A stretch of 64,000 nucleotides of DNA from Candidatus Eiseniibacteriota bacterium (GCA_963725865.1 CAVSAC010000012.1:1-64000); one strand, 5' to 3'; shown: positions 23,161-34,158, numbered from the stretch's first letter. Notes: generated from the letters alone by a model not told the origin. Program-made: numbers and translations.

Positions 23161-23184
23161 CGCGGCCGGGGAACGGAGCGACTG

Positions 23185-23448
23185 ATGGCTGAGACCGTAC
23201 GCAGCAGAAGGAAGATCCGCGTCGGCAAGGTGGTGAGCGACCGCATGGACAAGACCGTGGTCGTCTCCATCGAACGCCTCGTGAAGCATGAGACGTACGG
23301 CCGCTACGTGCGCCGTCGCGCGAAATTCAAGGTGCACGACGAGAAGAACGAATGTCGTGTGGGCGACGTCATCCGCTTCACGGAGACGCGGCCGCTGTCG
23401 AAGGACAAGCACTGGCGGTTCGTGGAGTTCGTGGAACGGGCGAAGTAG
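23185..23448 (+). CDS. rpsQ: 30S ribosomal protein S17
   Basis: [18 protein letters not shown]. Confidence 0.99.
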   Translation: MAETVRSRRKIRVGKVVSDRMDKTVVVSIERLVKHETYGRYVRRRAKFKVHDEKNECRVGDVIRFTETRPLSKDKHWRFVEFVERAK

Positions 23449-23459
23449 AGGAACAGGCC

Positions 23460-23828
23460 ATGATCCAGCTGAGAACGATGGTGACCGTCGCTGACAACAG
23501 CGGCGCCAAGCGAGCCCAGTGCATCAAGGTGCTCGGCGGGCACCACAAGCGCTACGGGCGCCTCGGGGACATCGTCGTGGTGTCCATCAAAGATGCGATC
23601 CCGGGTGCCGCGGTGAAGAAGGGCGACGTCGCGAAGGCGGTCGTCGTGCGCACCGTCAAGGAGGGCCGCCGCAAGGACGGCTCGTACATCCGCTTCGACG
23701 AGAACGCGGTGGTGCTCATCAACGACGACCGGGAGCCGCGCGGCACGCGCATCTTCGGACCGGTGGCCCGCGAGCTGCGTGAGAAGGCGTTCATGAAGAT
23801 CGTCTCGCTCGCGCCGGAGGTGATCTGA
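23460..23828 (+). CDS. rplN: 50S ribosomal protein L14
   Basis: [27 protein letters not shown]. Confidence 0.99.
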   Translation: MIQLRTMVTVADNSGAKRAQCIKVLGGHHKRYGRLGDIVVVSIKDAIPGAAVKKGDVAKAVVVRTVKEGRRKDGSYIRFDENAVVLINDDREPRGTRIFGPVARELREKAFMKIVSLAPEVI

Positions 23829-24154
23829 TGGCGCTCAAGATCCGCAAGGGCGACACCGTCGTGGTGATCGCGGGCGACGACAAGGGCAAGACGGGCCGCG
23901 TCCTGTCGGTCGACGAGGCGAAGCACCGCGTCGTGATCGAGAAGGTGAACATGGTCAAGCGTCACACCAAGGCGCGCCGTCAGGGCATGCAGAGCGGCAT
24001 CATCGAGAAGGAGGCCCCGGTGCACCTCTCGAACGTGCTGCTGTGGGACGCGAAGGCCGGCAAGGGCACGCGCGTGGGCGTGCGTGTGATGGCCGACGGA
24101 CGCCGGGAGCGCGTGTCGCGCGCCAGCGGCGACACGCTCGCCAAACCCGATTGA
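23828..24154 (+). CDS. rplX: 50S ribosomal protein L24
   Basis: KGDTVVVIAGDDKGKTG, EAPVHLSNV. Confidence 0.99.
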   Translation: MALKIRKGDTVVVIAGDDKGKTGRVLSVDEAKHRVVIEKVNMVKRHTKARRQGMQSGIIEKEAPVHLSNVLLWDAKAGKGTRVGVRVMADGRRERVSRASGDTLAKPD

Positions 24155-24221
24155 CCTCAGCCGCGGCTCGAACCACCAGGGTCGAGCCGAGCCGCGGTGG
24201 ACCTGACCCTGGAGAGACGTG

Positions 24222-24902
24222 ATGGCGGACGAAAAGAAGAGCAAAGGCACGGCGCCGAAGAGTGGGCCCTCGAAGGGTGGCAAGGCCACGAAGGCCGAGG
24301 GCAAGGCCAGCGGCCCGTCGGGGCCGGTGACCGAAGGCCGTCCGCATGGAATGAAGGACAAGCCGCGCCTCGCGACGTACTACCACGACAAGGTGCGGCC
24401 GGCGTTGATGTCGCACTTCAAGTACACGAGCCTGATGCAGGCACCGCGGATCGAGAAGATCGTGATCAACATGGGAGTCGGCGACGCGATCACGGATCAG
24501 AAGCTGCTCGACGCGGCGATGAACGAGCTCGGCCAGATCACGGGCCAGCGCCCCGCGGTGCGGCGCGCCCGCAAGGCGATCTCGAACTTCAAGCTGCGCG
24601 CCGGGCTGCCCATCGGCTGCGTCGTCACGCTGCGCGGCGCGCGGATGTACGAGTTCTACGACCGGTTCGTCAACGTGGCGGTGCCTCGCATCCGTGACTT
24701 CCGCGGCCTCAACTCGCGGTCGTTCGACGGGCGGGGCAACTATACGGTGGGCCTGAACGAGCAGATCATCTTCCCCGAGATCAATATCGAGAAGGTGGGG
24801 AAGATCCGCGGGATGGACGTGACGATCGTCACCTCCGCCAAGACCGACGAAGAGGGGCGGGAGCTGCTGAAGCTCATGAACATGCCCTTCCGTCAGCGAT
24901 AG
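24222..24902 (+). CDS. rplE: 50S ribosomal protein L5, probably with a 43-aa N-terminal extension (alternative start 24351)
   Basis: [32 protein letters not shown] before 24222. Confidence 0.97.
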   Translation: MADEKKSKGTAPKSGPSKGGKATKAEGKASGPSGPVTEGRPHGMKDKPRLATYYHDKVRPALMSHFKYTSLMQAPRIEKIVINMGVGDAITDQKLLDAAMNELGQITGQRPAVRRARKAISNFKLRAGLPIGCVVTLRGARMYEFYDRFVNVAVPRIRDFRGLNSRSFDGRGNYTVGLNEQIIFPEINIEKVGKIRGMDVTIVTSAKTDEEGRELLKLMNMPFRQR

Positions 24903-24911
24903 GAGCGTCCA

Positions 24912-25097
24912 GTGGCGAAGAAGTCGATCATCGAGAAGTGGAAGCGCACGCCGAAGTTCAAGGTCCGCGCGTACACCCGCTGCCACCGCTGCGGGCGCCC
25001 GCGCGCCTACCTGCGGGACTTCGGCCTGTGCCGCATCTGCTTCCGCGAACTGGCGCTGTCGGGGCAGATCCCGGGCGTCGTCAAGTCGAGCTGGTGA
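24912..25097 (+). CDS. rpsN: 30S ribosomal protein S14, type Z (Zn-binding)
   Basis: RCHRCGR...LCRICFRE, 61 aa. Confidence 0.98.
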   Translation: MAKKSIIEKWKRTPKFKVRAYTRCHRCGRPRAYLRDFGLCRICFRELALSGQIPGVVKSSW

Positions 25098-25196
25098 ACG
25101 TCGCCCCGCACGGGGTGAGGGAGGCCAGGCTGCAGGCCATGACCGCGCGCGCCGCGCGGACCATGTCGACCTGGACGCTGGTCTCGAGGAGGATGG

Positions 25197-25595
25197 ATGT
25201 CCGTCAGTGATCCGGTGGCAGATTTCCTGACCTGCCTGCGCAACGCGATCCGCGCCAAGCACCGCAAGGTCGATGTCCCCGCCTCGCGCATGAAGGCCGA
25301 GCTGTCGAAGGTCCTGCTGCGCGAGCGGTACATCAACAACTTCAAGGTGATCGAGGACTCGAAGCAGGGGATGCTGCGTGTGTACCTGAAGTACACCGCG
25401 GACGACGTCAGCGTGATCAGCGGCCTCAAGCGTGTGAGCACGCCCGGCCGCCGCGTGTACGTCCCCAAGGACCGCGTGCCGCGCGTCCTGGGCGGCCTCG
25501 GGACCACGATCCTGTCCACGTCGAAGGGCATGATGACCGACCGCGAGGCCCGGGATTCAGGGCTCGGCGGCGAACTCGTCTGCCAGGTCTGGTAG
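25197..25595 (+). CDS. rpsH: 30S ribosomal protein S8
   Basis: DPVADFLT, STPGRRVY, STSKG, GGE. Confidence 0.99.
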   Translation: MSVSDPVADFLTCLRNAIRAKHRKVDVPASRMKAELSKVLLRERYINNFKVIEDSKQGMLRVYLKYTADDVSVISGLKRVSTPGRRVYVPKDRVPRVLGGLGTTILSTSKGMMTDREARDSGLGGELVCQVW

Positions 25596-25605
25596 GGGGG
25601 CCGAC

Positions 25606-26145
25606 ATGTCTCGTATCGGCAAGCGGCCCGTTCCGATCCCGACGGGTGTCACCGTCAAGGTGGCCGACGGGGCCGTGCACGTGAAGGGTCCGAAGGGCGA
25701 GCTGAAGATGCACGTGCTCGCCGGGACCACCGTCGTGGTCGAAGGCGCCGAGGCAAAGGTCTCGGCGGTGAAGCTGACGCGCAATCCCGCGTTCGGGACG
25801 ATGCGCGCGCAGATCAACAACATGGTGCTGGGCGTGACCGCGGGCTACTCGAAGACGCTCGAGATCGTCGGCACCGGCTACCGCGCTCAGCAGGACGGCA
25901 AGAAGGTCGTTCTGCAGCTCGGGTTCTCGCACCCGATCGTGTTCGATCCACCCGCGGGTATCGCCGTCAAGGTCGAGAGCCCCACGCGGTTGAGCATCGC
26001 CGGGATCGACAAGGCTCTGGTGGGCCAGGTGGCCGCGGACATCCGCGGGTTCCGTCCCCCCGAGCCGTACAAGGGCAAGGGCGTGAAGTACGAAGGCGAG
26101 TACATCCGCCGGAAGGCCGGTAAGGCGGCGGGGTCGGCATCATGA
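25606..26145 (+). CDS. rplF: 50S ribosomal protein L6
   Basis: [14 protein letters not shown]. Confidence 0.99.
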   Translation: MSRIGKRPVPIPTGVTVKVADGAVHVKGPKGELKMHVLAGTTVVVEGAEAKVSAVKLTRNPAFGTMRAQINNMVLGVTAGYSKTLEIVGTGYRAQQDGKKVVLQLGFSHPIVFDPPAGIAVKVESPTRLSIAGIDKALVGQVAADIRGFRPPEPYKGKGVKYEGEYIRRKAGKAAGSAS

Positions 26146-26507
26146 GCGGACAGCACAACAAGTACGAGCGGCGCCGGATCCGGCGCTATCGCATCCGGAA
26201 GCGCGTGTCGGGCGAGATGCAGCGCCCGCGCCTCAGCGTCTACCGCAGCTCCAAGCACATCTACGCCCAGCTCATCGACGACCTCGCGGGTCGCACGTTG
26301 GTCGCGGCTTCGAGCCGCGACGACCTCGCGGGCAAGATCGAGGGCTCGGGCAAGACCGCGGTCAGCAGCGCGGTCGGCAAGCTGCTCGCGGAGCGTGCCA
26401 AGGCGGCGGGCGTCACGAAGGTGGCGTTCGATCGCGGCGGTTACCTGTACCACGGGCGCGTCAAGGCGCTCGCCGACGGCGCGCGCGCCGGCGGTCTGCA
26501 ATTCTAG
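26142..26507 (+). CDS. rplR: 50S ribosomal protein L18
   Basis: [20 protein letters not shown]. Confidence 0.99.
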   Translation: MSGQHNKYERRRIRRYRIRKRVSGEMQRPRLSVYRSSKHIYAQLIDDLAGRTLVAASSRDDLAGKIEGSGKTAVSSAVGKLLAERAKAAGVTKVAFDRGGYLYHGRVKALADGARAGGLQF

Positions 26508-26517
26508 GAGGCGTCAC

Positions 26518-27048
26518 GTGGCGCGCATGTCCGAAGCACCCAAGTCTGAGTTCGCCGAGCGCGTGATCGCCGTGAATCGCTGCGCCAAGGTGGTGAAGGG
26601 CGGCCGGCGATTCTCGTTCAACGCCATCGTCGCGATGGGCGATCAGAAGGGCCGCGTGGGCGTCGGTCTCGGCAAGGCCAACGAAGTTGCCGACGCCATC
26701 CGCAAGGCGGGTGAGGCGGCCAAGAAGGGCATGTTCAACATCCCGCTCACCCGCGCGGGCTCGATCCCGCACATGATCGTCGGGCACTTCGGGGCCGGCG
26801 AGGTGCTGCTCAAGCCGGCGTCGCCGGGTACCGGCGTGATCGCCGGCGCCGGAGTTCGCGCGGTGCTCGAGGTGGCGGGTGTGCAGAACGTGCTCACCAA
26901 GTGCCTCGGCTCGCGCAATCCTCACAACCTGGTCAAGGCCACGATCAACGGGTTGCGCGGCCTGCGCCGGGCATCCGATGTCGCCGCGATGCGCGGTCGC
27001 ACGGTGGCCGAGCTCTTCGGCCGCGGAGGCGAGTCGAATGGCGCGTAA
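26518..27048 (+). CDS. rpsE: 30S ribosomal protein S5
   Basis: [21 protein letters not shown] start after AGGAGG. Confidence 0.98.
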   Translation: MARMSEAPKSEFAERVIAVNRCAKVVKGGRRFSFNAIVAMGDQKGRVGVGLGKANEVADAIRKAGEAAKKGMFNIPLTRAGSIPHMIVGHFGAGEVLLKPASPGTGVIAGAGVRAVLEVAGVQNVLTKCLGSRNPHNLVKATINGLRGLRRASDVAAMRGRTVAELFGRGGESNGA

Positions 27049-27226
27049 GCTCCGCATCCGCCAGATCGTGAGTGCCAGTGGACACCGGCAGGATCAGCAC
27101 CTCACGCTCGAAGCGCTCGGCATCCGCAAGCTGCAGCGGCCCGTCACGCACAATGACACGCCCCAGATCCGGGGCATGATCTTCAAACTCCGCCACCTCC
27201 TCGAGGTGGAGGAGATCAAGGACTGA
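27038..27226 (+). CDS. rpmD: 50S ribosomal protein L30
   Basis: [18 protein letters not shown]; synteny. Confidence 0.95.
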   Translation: MARKLRIRQIVSASGHRQDQHLTLEALGIRKLQRPVTHNDTPQIRGMIFKLRHLLEVEEIKD

Positions 27227-27231
27227 ACACC

Positions 27232-27681
27232 ATGCGAATCGGACAGATCCGACCGGCGTCCGGCGCGACGCACCCCAAGAAGCGCCGCGGTAAGGGTGCG
27301 GCGAGCGGTCTCGGTGGCACGGCGGGCAAGGGGCACAAGGGTCACAAGGCCCGCACCGGTGGCAAGATCCCGGTGTGGTTCGAGGGTGGCCAGATGCCGA
27401 TGCAGCGCCGCCTGCCGAAGCGCGGCTTCAAGAACCCGGGTCGCGTCGAGTACCAGGTGGTGAAGGTGGGCGCGCTCGCGAAGGCTCCGGCCGGCGCGGT
27501 CGTGGACCGCGCGTGGCTCAAGGCGCAGGGCATCGTGCGCCGGCCCGGCCCGGTGAAGCTGCTCGCGGGCGGGGAGATCAGCGCGGCGATCACCGTCAAG
27601 GTGGATGCGGCGAGCGAGAGCGCGCGCCGGATCGTCGAGAAGGCCGGCGGCACGGTCGAGACCCCCAGCGTGAAGGCATAG
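27232..27681 (+). CDS. rplO: 50S ribosomal protein L15
   Basis: GKGHKG, FEGGQMP, RRLPKRGF. Confidence 0.99.
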   Translation: MRIGQIRPASGATHPKKRRGKGAASGLGGTAGKGHKGHKARTGGKIPVWFEGGQMPMQRRLPKRGFKNPGRVEYQVVKVGALAKAPAGAVVDRAWLKAQGIVRRPGPVKLLAGGEISAAITVKVDAASESARRIVEKAGGTVETPSVKA

Positions 27682-27687
27682 GCAGGC

Positions 27688-29007
27688 ATGCTCGAGAAAC
27701 TCCGAAACATCTTCCAGGTCCCCGAGCTCAAGCGCCGGATCATCTTCACCCTGGCGCTGTTCGTGATCTACCGCCTGGGTGAGCACGTCCCGACGCCCGG
27801 CGTCAACGCCGCGGCGCTGAAGTCCGCGTTCGAGAGCCAGCGAAGCGGCCTGTTCGGGATGTACGACATGTTCGTCGGCGGGGCGTTCTCGCGCGCGACC
27901 ATCTTCGCGCTCGGGATCATGCCGTACATCTCGTCCTCGATCATCCTGCAGGTGCTCGGGGCGGTGGTGCCGTACTTCGAGAAGCTGCGCAAGGAGGGTG
28001 AGGAGGGGCAGAAGAAGCTCACCCAGATCACGCGCTACGGCACGGTGCTGATCTCCATCATCCAGTCCTTCGGGTACGCCGTGTTCCTCGTGAACATGGG
28101 CAGCGCGCAGGGCCTCAGCGTGGTCCCGGATCCGGGTCCGCTCTTTTACTTCTCCACCATCCTCACCCAGACGACCGGCACCATCTTCGTCATGTGGCTG
28201 GGCGAGAAGATCACCGAGCACGGCATCGGCAACGGCATCTCGCTGATCATCTTCATCAACATCCTCGGCGGCGTGCCCAACCGCCTGCTGGCGACCTACG
28301 AGTCCTTCCGCGCGGGCAGCCTGACGCTGCTCGTCCTGATCTTCATCGCCGTCATCGTGGTCGCGGTGATCGCGGCCGTGGTGATGATGACTCAGGCGGT
28401 GCGGAAGATCCCGGTCCAGTACGCCAAGCGCGTGGTCGGTCGCAAGATGTACGGCGGTGCCAGCACCCACATCCCGCTTCGCGTCAACACCGCGGGCGTG
28501 ATCCCGATCATCTTCGCGTCGAGCTTCATGATCCTGCCGGCGACGGTCGCGGGCTTCGTGCCGCCCGATCATCCGCTCCAGAGCCTGGTGCGGCTGTTCG
28601 ACCCGCTCGGCTGGTTCTACAACCTGCTGTACGGGGTCATCATCGTCTTCTTCACCTACTTCTACACCGCGGTGGTCCTGAATCCGAACGATCTCGCGGA
28701 GAACATGCGCAAGTACGGCGGCTTCGTCCCCGGCATCCGGCCGGGCAAGAAGACCGCGGAGTACATCGATCGTGTGCTGTCGCGGATCACGTTGCCGGGC
28801 GCGGTGTTCCTCGCGCTCATCGCGGTGCTGCCCGACGTCATCATCGGTTTCACCGGGAACCACGGCCTGATCGTCGGCGGCACCAGTGTGCTGATCGTGG
28901 TGGGCGTGGCGCTCGATACGCTCCAACAGATCGAGTCGCACCTGATCATGCGGCACTACGAAGGCTTCGTGAAGCGCGGCCGCATTCGCGGGCGTGCGAG
29001 GATGTAG
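27688..29007 (+). CDS. secY: Preprotein translocase subunit SecY
   Basis: FALGIMPYI, GIGNGISLII, PGIRPG, GGTSVLI. Confidence 0.99.
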   Translation: MLEKLRNIFQVPELKRRIIFTLALFVIYRLGEHVPTPGVNAAALKSAFESQRSGLFGMYDMFVGGAFSRATIFALGIMPYISSSIILQVLGAVVPYFEKLRKEGEEGQKKLTQITRYGTVLISIIQSFGYAVFLVNMGSAQGLSVVPDPGPLFYFSTILTQTTGTIFVMWLGEKITEHGIGNGISLIIFINILGGVPNRLLATYESFRAGSLTLLVLIFIAVIVVAVIAAVVMMTQAVRKIPVQYAKRVVGRKMYGGASTHIPLRVNTAGVIPIIFASSFMILPATVAGFVPPDHPLQSLVRLFDPLGWFYNLLYGVIIVFFTYFYTAVVLNPNDLAENMRKYGGFVPGIRPGKKTAEYIDRVLSRITLPGAVFLALIAVLPDVIIGFTGNHGLIVGGTSVLIVVGVALDTLQQIESHLIMRHYEGFVKRGRIRGRARM

Positions 29008-29010
29008 CCG

Positions 29011-29673
29011 ATGCGGGTCGTCTTGCTCGGGCCGCCCGGAGTGGGCAAGGGAACGCAAGGCCGCCGGCTCGCGCAGGAACACGGTTGGGCGCTGATCTCG
29101 ACCGGGGAGATCCTGCGGGAGGCGGTGGCGAAGGGGACCCCGCTCGGACTCGAGGTCCAGCGGGTGGTGGAGCGGGGCCAGTTGGTGCCCGACGACGTGA
29201 TGATCGGGCTCGTGCGCGAACGCAGCGCCGCGCCGGATGCGTCGGAGGGATTCGTGCTCGACGGGTTTCCGCGGACGGTGCCTCAGGCCGAGGCGCTGGA
29301 GGCGGTCCTGGTGGAGCGCGGAATGAGGGTGGATGCGGCCGTCTGTCTGGACGCGTCCGAGGACGAGCTGGTGCGGCGCTTGAGTGCGCGCCGTGAGTGC
29401 CCGGTCTGCAAGCGGGCATACAACCTGGTGAGCGCGCCGCCTCGCGATGGTCGTCACTGCGACGATCACCCCGAGGTGGAGCTGGTGCAGCGAGCGGACG
29501 ACACGGCCGAGACGATCCGCAGACGGCTCGAGGTGTATCGCAGGTCGACCGCGCCGCTGATCGGCTGGTATCGCGAGCGGAATCGCCTGCGCGAGGTGCC
29601 GGGATTGGGAACGATGGACGAGGTGTACCGCGCGATCGCGCGGGCCCTGGTGGTCGCGTCGACATCGGGATGA
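29011..29673 (+). CDS. adk: Adenylate kinase (long, Zn-type lid)
   Basis: GPPGVGKGTQ, LDGFPRT, lid CPVC...CDDH. Confidence 0.98.
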   Translation: MRVVLLGPPGVGKGTQGRRLAQEHGWALISTGEILREAVAKGTPLGLEVQRVVERGQLVPDDVMIGLVRERSAAPDASEGFVLDGFPRTVPQAEALEAVLVERGMRVDAAVCLDASEDELVRRLSARRECPVCKRAYNLVSAPPRDGRHCDDHPEVELVQRADDTAETIRRRLEVYRRSTAPLIGWYRERNRLREVPGLGTMDEVYRAIARALVVASTSG

Positions 29674-29677
29674 ACGC

Positions 29678-30457
29678 ATGGTGTATCTGAGGGACCGAAC
29701 GGAGATCGAGGCGATCCGCGTCGCGGCGCAGCTGGTGGCGCGCACGCTGGAGCGGCTCGGACAGGAGGTGCGTCCAGGCGTCACCACGGGTGAGCTGGAC
29801 GCCATCGCGGAGGAGTTCATCCGCGCTCACGGGGGACGCCCGGCGTTCAAGGGCTACCGCGGGTTCCCGGCTTCGATCTGTCCATCGGTGAACGATGAGG
29901 TGGTCCACGCGATTCCGGGTCCCCGCGCGCTGCGCGAAGGGGACATCATCGGGATCGACGTGGGGGTCGAGATGGGTGGCTACTACGGAGACGCTGCGCG
30001 CAGCTTCGCGGTGGGCGCGGTCAGCGAGGAGGCGCAGCGCCTCCTGAGCGTGACCGAGGCGGCGCTGATGCAGGGCATCGCCCAGGCGCGCGCGGGTCTC
30101 CGGGTCGGCGACATCTCGCACGCGGTGCAGGCGCACGTCGAGCAGCAGGGCTTCACCGTGGTGCGGGCGCTGGTCGGGCACGGGATCGGGAAGCAGATGC
30201 ACGAGGAGCCGCAGGTACCGAATTACGGGCCGCCCGATCGGGGCCCGCGGCTGATGGCGGGGCAGGTCCTCGCGATCGAGCCGATGGTGAACACCGGTGG
30301 GCCGGACGTCGTGACGCAGGCCGATGGCTGGACGGTGGTGACGCGGGACGGTGGTCTCAGCGCCCACTTCGAGCACACGGTCGCCGTCGGTCCGGGCGGT
30401 CCCGAGATCCTCTCGCTCCTGCCGGAGCGGGTGGGGGAGGGAACGGAGCAACGGTGA
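29678..30457 (+). CDS. map: Type I methionine aminopeptidase
   Basis: SVNDEVVH, GHGIG..MHEEP, AIEPM, SAHFEHT. Confidence 0.98.
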   Translation: MVYLRDRTEIEAIRVAAQLVARTLERLGQEVRPGVTTGELDAIAEEFIRAHGGRPAFKGYRGFPASICPSVNDEVVHAIPGPRALREGDIIGIDVGVEMGGYYGDAARSFAVGAVSEEAQRLLSVTEAALMQGIAQARAGLRVGDISHAVQAHVEQQGFTVVRALVGHGIGKQMHEEPQVPNYGPPDRGPRLMAGQVLAIEPMVNTGGPDVVTQADGWTVVTRDGGLSAHFEHTVAVGPGGPEILSLLPERVGEGTEQR

Positions 30458-30534
30458 AGGTCGGGCCCGGTCGTTGAGCCGGCTCCGGCGCGACGCAACG
30501 CGGTCCATGAGGGCCGCGATCGATCGAGGGACGA

Positions 30535-30753
30535 TTGGCGAAAGAAGAAGGCATCCAGGTCGAAGGCACGGTGATCGAGCCTCTGCCCAACGCGATGTTC
30601 CGCGTGGAACTGGAGAACGGTCACAAGGTGCTGGCCCATATCTCGGGCAAGATGCGGATGCATTTCATCAAGATCCTCCCCGGGGACAAGGTCACGGTCG
30701 AGTTGTCACCCTACGACCTGACCCGCGGACGGATCGTGTATCGGTACAAGTAG
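30535..30753 (+). CDS. infA: Translation initiation factor IF-1 (TTG start)
   Basis: [24 protein letters not shown]. Confidence 0.99.
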   Translation: MAKEEGIQVEGTVIEPLPNAMFRVELENGHKVLAHISGKMRMHFIKILPGDKVTVELSPYDLTRGRIVYRYK

Positions 30754-30814
30754 GTCGTCGCGCAGCGGGCAGCGTGGCGGTGAGCGCCGCGCTGCGTCGT
30801 GGCGGGAGGCGGAT

Positions 30815-30931
30815 ATGAAGGTCCGGACGTCGGTGAAGAAAATGTGCGAGCACTGCAAGGTGGTGCGTCGCAAGGGCGTGATCCGCGTGATCTGCACCCG
30901 CAATCCGCGGCACAAGCAGCGCCAGAAGTAA
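30815..30931 (+). CDS. rpmJ: 50S ribosomal protein L36; not in the ORF track
   Basis: Manual translation [46 protein letters not shown]. Confidence 0.97.
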   Translation: MKVRTSVKKMCEHCKVVRRKGVIRVICTRNPRHKQRQK

Positions 30932-30949
30932 GGCTCAGAGGAGGAATCT

Positions 30950-31351
30950 GTGGCACGTATCGCGGGCATCGACCTGCCGTCGGACAAGCGCATCGAGGTC
31001 GCGCTGACGTACATCTACGGCATCGGTCACACGACGGCGCGCAAGATCCTGGCCGCCACCGGCGTGTCGCCGGACGTGCGGGTGAAGAACCTCAGTGATG
31101 AGGACGCCGGCAAGCTGCGGAGCATCATCGAGCGCGACCACAAGGTCGAAGGCGCTCTGCGCAGCGAGATGGCGATGAACATCAAGCGCCTGATGGACAT
31201 CGGCGCCTATCGAGGACTGCGGCATCGCCGCGGACTGCCGGTGCGCGGGCAGCGTACGAAGACGAATGCGCGGACGCGGAAGGGTCCGAAGAAGACCGCC
31301 GGCGCAGTGAGGAAGCCGGTGGCCAAGGCTGCACCGGCGCCCAAGAAGTAA
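30950..31351 (+). CDS. rpsM: 30S ribosomal protein S13
   Basis: [33 protein letters not shown]. Confidence 0.99.
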   Translation: MARIAGIDLPSDKRIEVALTYIYGIGHTTARKILAATGVSPDVRVKNLSDEDAGKLRSIIERDHKVEGALRSEMAMNIKRLMDIGAYRGLRHRRGLPVRGQRTKTNARTRKGPKKTAGAVRKPVAKAAPAPKK

Positions 31352-31399
31352 CGGCACCACAGCGGCGCCGCGGTGGCGGCGCGCGCACGGAGGTTTCGA

Positions 31400-31786
31400 G
31401 TGGCGGATGTCAAGAAGGCCAAGAAGCGCGACCGGAAGGTGAGCGTGAACGGAGTCGCTCACGTGCAGGCGAGCTTCAACAACACGATCGTCACGATCAC
31501 CGACATGGATGGCGCTGTCATCACGTGGGCGAGCTCGGGCAAGGTGGGCTTCAAGGGCTCGCGCAAGAGCACGCCGTTCGCGGCGCAGGTGGCCGCGGAG
31601 TCGAGCGCGCGCGAAGCCCTGAACATGGGCATGAAGCGCGTCGAAGTCTGGGTCAAGGGGCCGGGCGCCGGTCGTGAGGCGGCCATCCGCTCGCTCCAGG
31701 CGGCGGGGCTCGAGATCTCCGCGATCAAGGACGTCACGCCCATTCCGCACAACGGCTGCCGTCCGCCCAAGCGGCGTCGGGTCTAG
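31400..31786 (+). CDS. rpsK: 30S ribosomal protein S11
   Basis: [36 protein letters not shown] after GGAGG. Confidence 0.98.
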   Translation: MADVKKAKKRDRKVSVNGVAHVQASFNNTIVTITDMDGAVITWASSGKVGFKGSRKSTPFAAQVAAESSAREALNMGMKRVEVWVKGPGAGREAAIRSLQAAGLEISAIKDVTPIPHNGCRPPKRRRV

Positions 31787-31801
31787 GGGAGAGCGAACGC
31801 C

Positions 31802-32431
31802 ATGGCTGTGTACCACGATGCGAAGTGCCGCCTCTGCCGTCGCGAGGGGATGAAGCTCTTCCTCAAGGGGCAGCGGTGCATGAGTGACAAGTGTGCGATC
31901 GAGCGCCGTGCGTACGCGCCCGGAGAGCACGGTAAGAGCCGCCGCGTGAAGGAGACGAACTACGGCCAGCAGCTGCGCGAGAAGCAGAAGGCCCGCCGCA
32001 TCTACGGGCTGCTCGAGCGGCAGTTCCGCCACTTCTTCTCCAAGGCCTCGACGTCGAAGGGCGTCACGGGCGAAGCGCTGCTGCAGATGCTCGAGTGCCG
32101 CCTCGACAACGTCGTCTTCCGGCTTGGGTTCGCCCCGAGCCGCGCCATGGCGCGCCAGCTCGTGCGCCACGGGCACGTCCAGGTCAACGGCCGCAAGGTC
32201 GATATCCCCTCGTTCCAGGTCAAGGCCGGGAACGAAGTCAGCCTCCGCGACAAGAGCAAGAAGCTCGCGGCGGTCGTGAACGCACTCGAATCCCGCAAGG
32301 GTCAGAGCACCCCCGAGTGGCTGGACATGAGCGTCGAGAAGATGACCGGCCGCGTGCTGAGCATCCCCACGCGCCAGTCCATCTCGGTCCCGATCAACGA
32401 ACAGCTCATCGTCGAGCTCTACTCGAAGTGA
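31802..32431 (+). CDS. rpsD: 30S ribosomal protein S4 (Zn-type)
   Basis: [32 protein letters not shown]. Confidence 0.99.
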   Translation: MAVYHDAKCRLCRREGMKLFLKGQRCMSDKCAIERRAYAPGEHGKSRRVKETNYGQQLREKQKARRIYGLLERQFRHFFSKASTSKGVTGEALLQMLECRLDNVVFRLGFAPSRAMARQLVRHGHVQVNGRKVDIPSFQVKAGNEVSLRDKSKKLAAVVNALESRKGQSTPEWLDMSVEKMTGRVLSIPTRQSISVPINEQLIVELYSK

Positions 32432-32465
32432 TGACTGATCGCCTTCTCCTGAGGGGGCTTTCCTC

Positions 32466-33461
32466 ATGAAGTGGAAGAACGTCACCATGCCGAAGCAGGT
32501 CGAGGCCGATGCGGCCAACACGGACCGGTACGGAAAGTTCGAGCTGGCGCCACTCGAGCGTGGATTCGGGATCACGCTCGGCAATGCGCTGCGCCGGGTC
32601 CTGCTCTCGTCGCTGCAGGGCGCTGCCATCACCGCGGTGCGCATCGACGGCGTGCTGCACGAGTTCTCGACGCTCCCCGGCGTGATCGAGGACGTCACCG
32701 AGCTGATCCTCAACCTCAAGCAGGTGCGCCTGAAGCTGCACGGCGACGGCCCGAAGAAGGGCGTCTTCGAGCTGCGCGGCAAGGGCGAGCTCAAGGCGGG
32801 CGACCTGCAGGTCGACGCCGAGATCGAGGTGCTGAACCCCGATCTGCACGTGGCGAGCCTGAACCGCGACGGCGACCTCCGCATGGAAGTCGAGATCGGC
32901 GGCGGCCGCGGCTACGTCTCGGCCGACTCGCACGGCGCCACGGACCGTCCGATCGGGGTGATCCCGATCGACTCGCTGTTCTCGCCCGTGACGCGGGTGA
33001 ACTACGAGGTCGAGGCCGCACGCCTCGGCCAGCGCATCGACTACGACAAGCTCACCCTCGAGGTCTGGACCGACGGCAGCATCCTGCCGCAGGACGCGGT
33101 GTCGCTGGCCGCGCAGATCCTCAAGGAGCACTTCGAGCTGTTCATCAGTAGCGATGCCCACTTCGTGTTCGAGGAGGAGATCCCGGAGGACGAGGAGATC
33201 CTGCGCGTGCGGCGACTGCTCGACAAGAGCGTCGAGGAGCTCGAGCTTTCCGTGCGCTCCAGCAATTGTCTCCGCGCGGCCGAGATCAAGACCATCGGCG
33301 ACCTCGTCCAGAAGACCGAAGGGGAGATGCTCAAGTTCCGCAACTTTGGCCGGAAGTCGCTCAAGGAGATCCAGGACATCCTGGGTGAGATGGGCCTGAG
33401 CTTCGGCATGGACATCAGCCGCTACCTCGAATCCCGCGCCACGGTCGACGTCGAGGGCTGA
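32466..33461 (+). CDS. rpoA: RNA polymerase alpha subunit
   Basis: PLERGFGITLGNALRR, LSVRSSNCL, NFGRKSL. Confidence 0.99.
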   Translation: MKWKNVTMPKQVEADAANTDRYGKFELAPLERGFGITLGNALRRVLLSSLQGAAITAVRIDGVLHEFSTLPGVIEDVTELILNLKQVRLKLHGDGPKKGVFELRGKGELKAGDLQVDAEIEVLNPDLHVASLNRDGDLRMEVEIGGGRGYVSADSHGATDRPIGVIPIDSLFSPVTRVNYEVEAARLGQRIDYDKLTLEVWTDGSILPQDAVSLAAQILKEHFELFISSDAHFVFEEEIPEDEEILRVRRLLDKSVEELELSVRSSNCLRAAEIKTIGDLVQKTEGEMLKFRNFGRKSLKEIQDILGEMGLSFGMDISRYLESRATVDVEG

Positions 33462-33499
33462 GCGCCCGAGCCCGAACCGGCCGAGAAGGACGACCGCAC

Positions 33500-34075
33500 A
33501 TGCGACACCGCAAAGATCATCGGAAGCTGAGCCGGACGTCTTCGCACCGGCGCGCCGTGCTCCGCAACCTGGTCACCGCGCTCTTCCAGTACGAGCGCAT
33601 CGAGACCACGGTCGCGAAGGCCAAGGAGGCGCGCCGGCTCGCCGAGCGCCTCATCACGTTCGGCAAGCAGGGCGACCTCGCCGCGCGCCGGCACGTGGCG
33701 CGCTTCCTCACGAAGCCCGAGATCGTTCAGAAGCTGTTCGCCACCATCGCGCCCTGGTACACCGATCGGAAGGGCGGCTACACGCGCATCCTCCGCATCG
33801 GCCGTCGCCTGGGGGACGCGGGCGAGATCGCGTATCTCGAGCTCGTGAAGAGCGGCGAGCAGAAGGAGAAGGAGCGCAAGGACCGCATCGCGGCCGCCGA
33901 GGCGAGAGAAGCGTCGCTGAAGGGCGGCAAGGCGACCAAGAAGAAGGAAGGCAAGGAAGAGGAGAAGGCTGACGCCGAGGCCTCCGACAAGCCCCGCCGC
34001 GCGAAGAAGAAGGACGAGAAGGACAGCGAGGTCGCGACCCCGGCGCGTCGCCGTGGACGGGTGAAGACCGGCTAG
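33500..34075 (+). CDS. rplQ: 50S ribosomal protein L17 with a long charged C-terminal tail
   Basis: MRHR, IETT.AKAKE, GGYTRI. Confidence 0.98.
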   Translation: MRHRKDHRKLSRTSSHRRAVLRNLVTALFQYERIETTVAKAKEARRLAERLITFGKQGDLAARRHVARFLTKPEIVQKLFATIAPWYTDRKGGYTRILRIGRRLGDAGEIAYLELVKSGEQKEKERKDRIAAAEAREASLKGGKATKKKEGKEEEKADAEASDKPRRAKKKDEKDSEVATPARRRGRVKTG

Positions 34076-34098
34076 CACGCCGATCGCGAACGCAGCAT

Positions 34099-34132
34099 CG
34101 CGCGGGCGGAGGGGCGACCTTCCGCCCGCGCG
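34099..34132 (+). terminator. GC-rich hairpin ending the alpha operon
   Basis: CGCGCGGGCGGAGGG-GCGA-CCTTCCGCCCGCGCG; ~15-bp stem, GNRA loop, no U-tract. Confidence 0.6.
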
Positions 34133-34158
34133 CGTATCCATGGGGAGGACCCTGCTCG

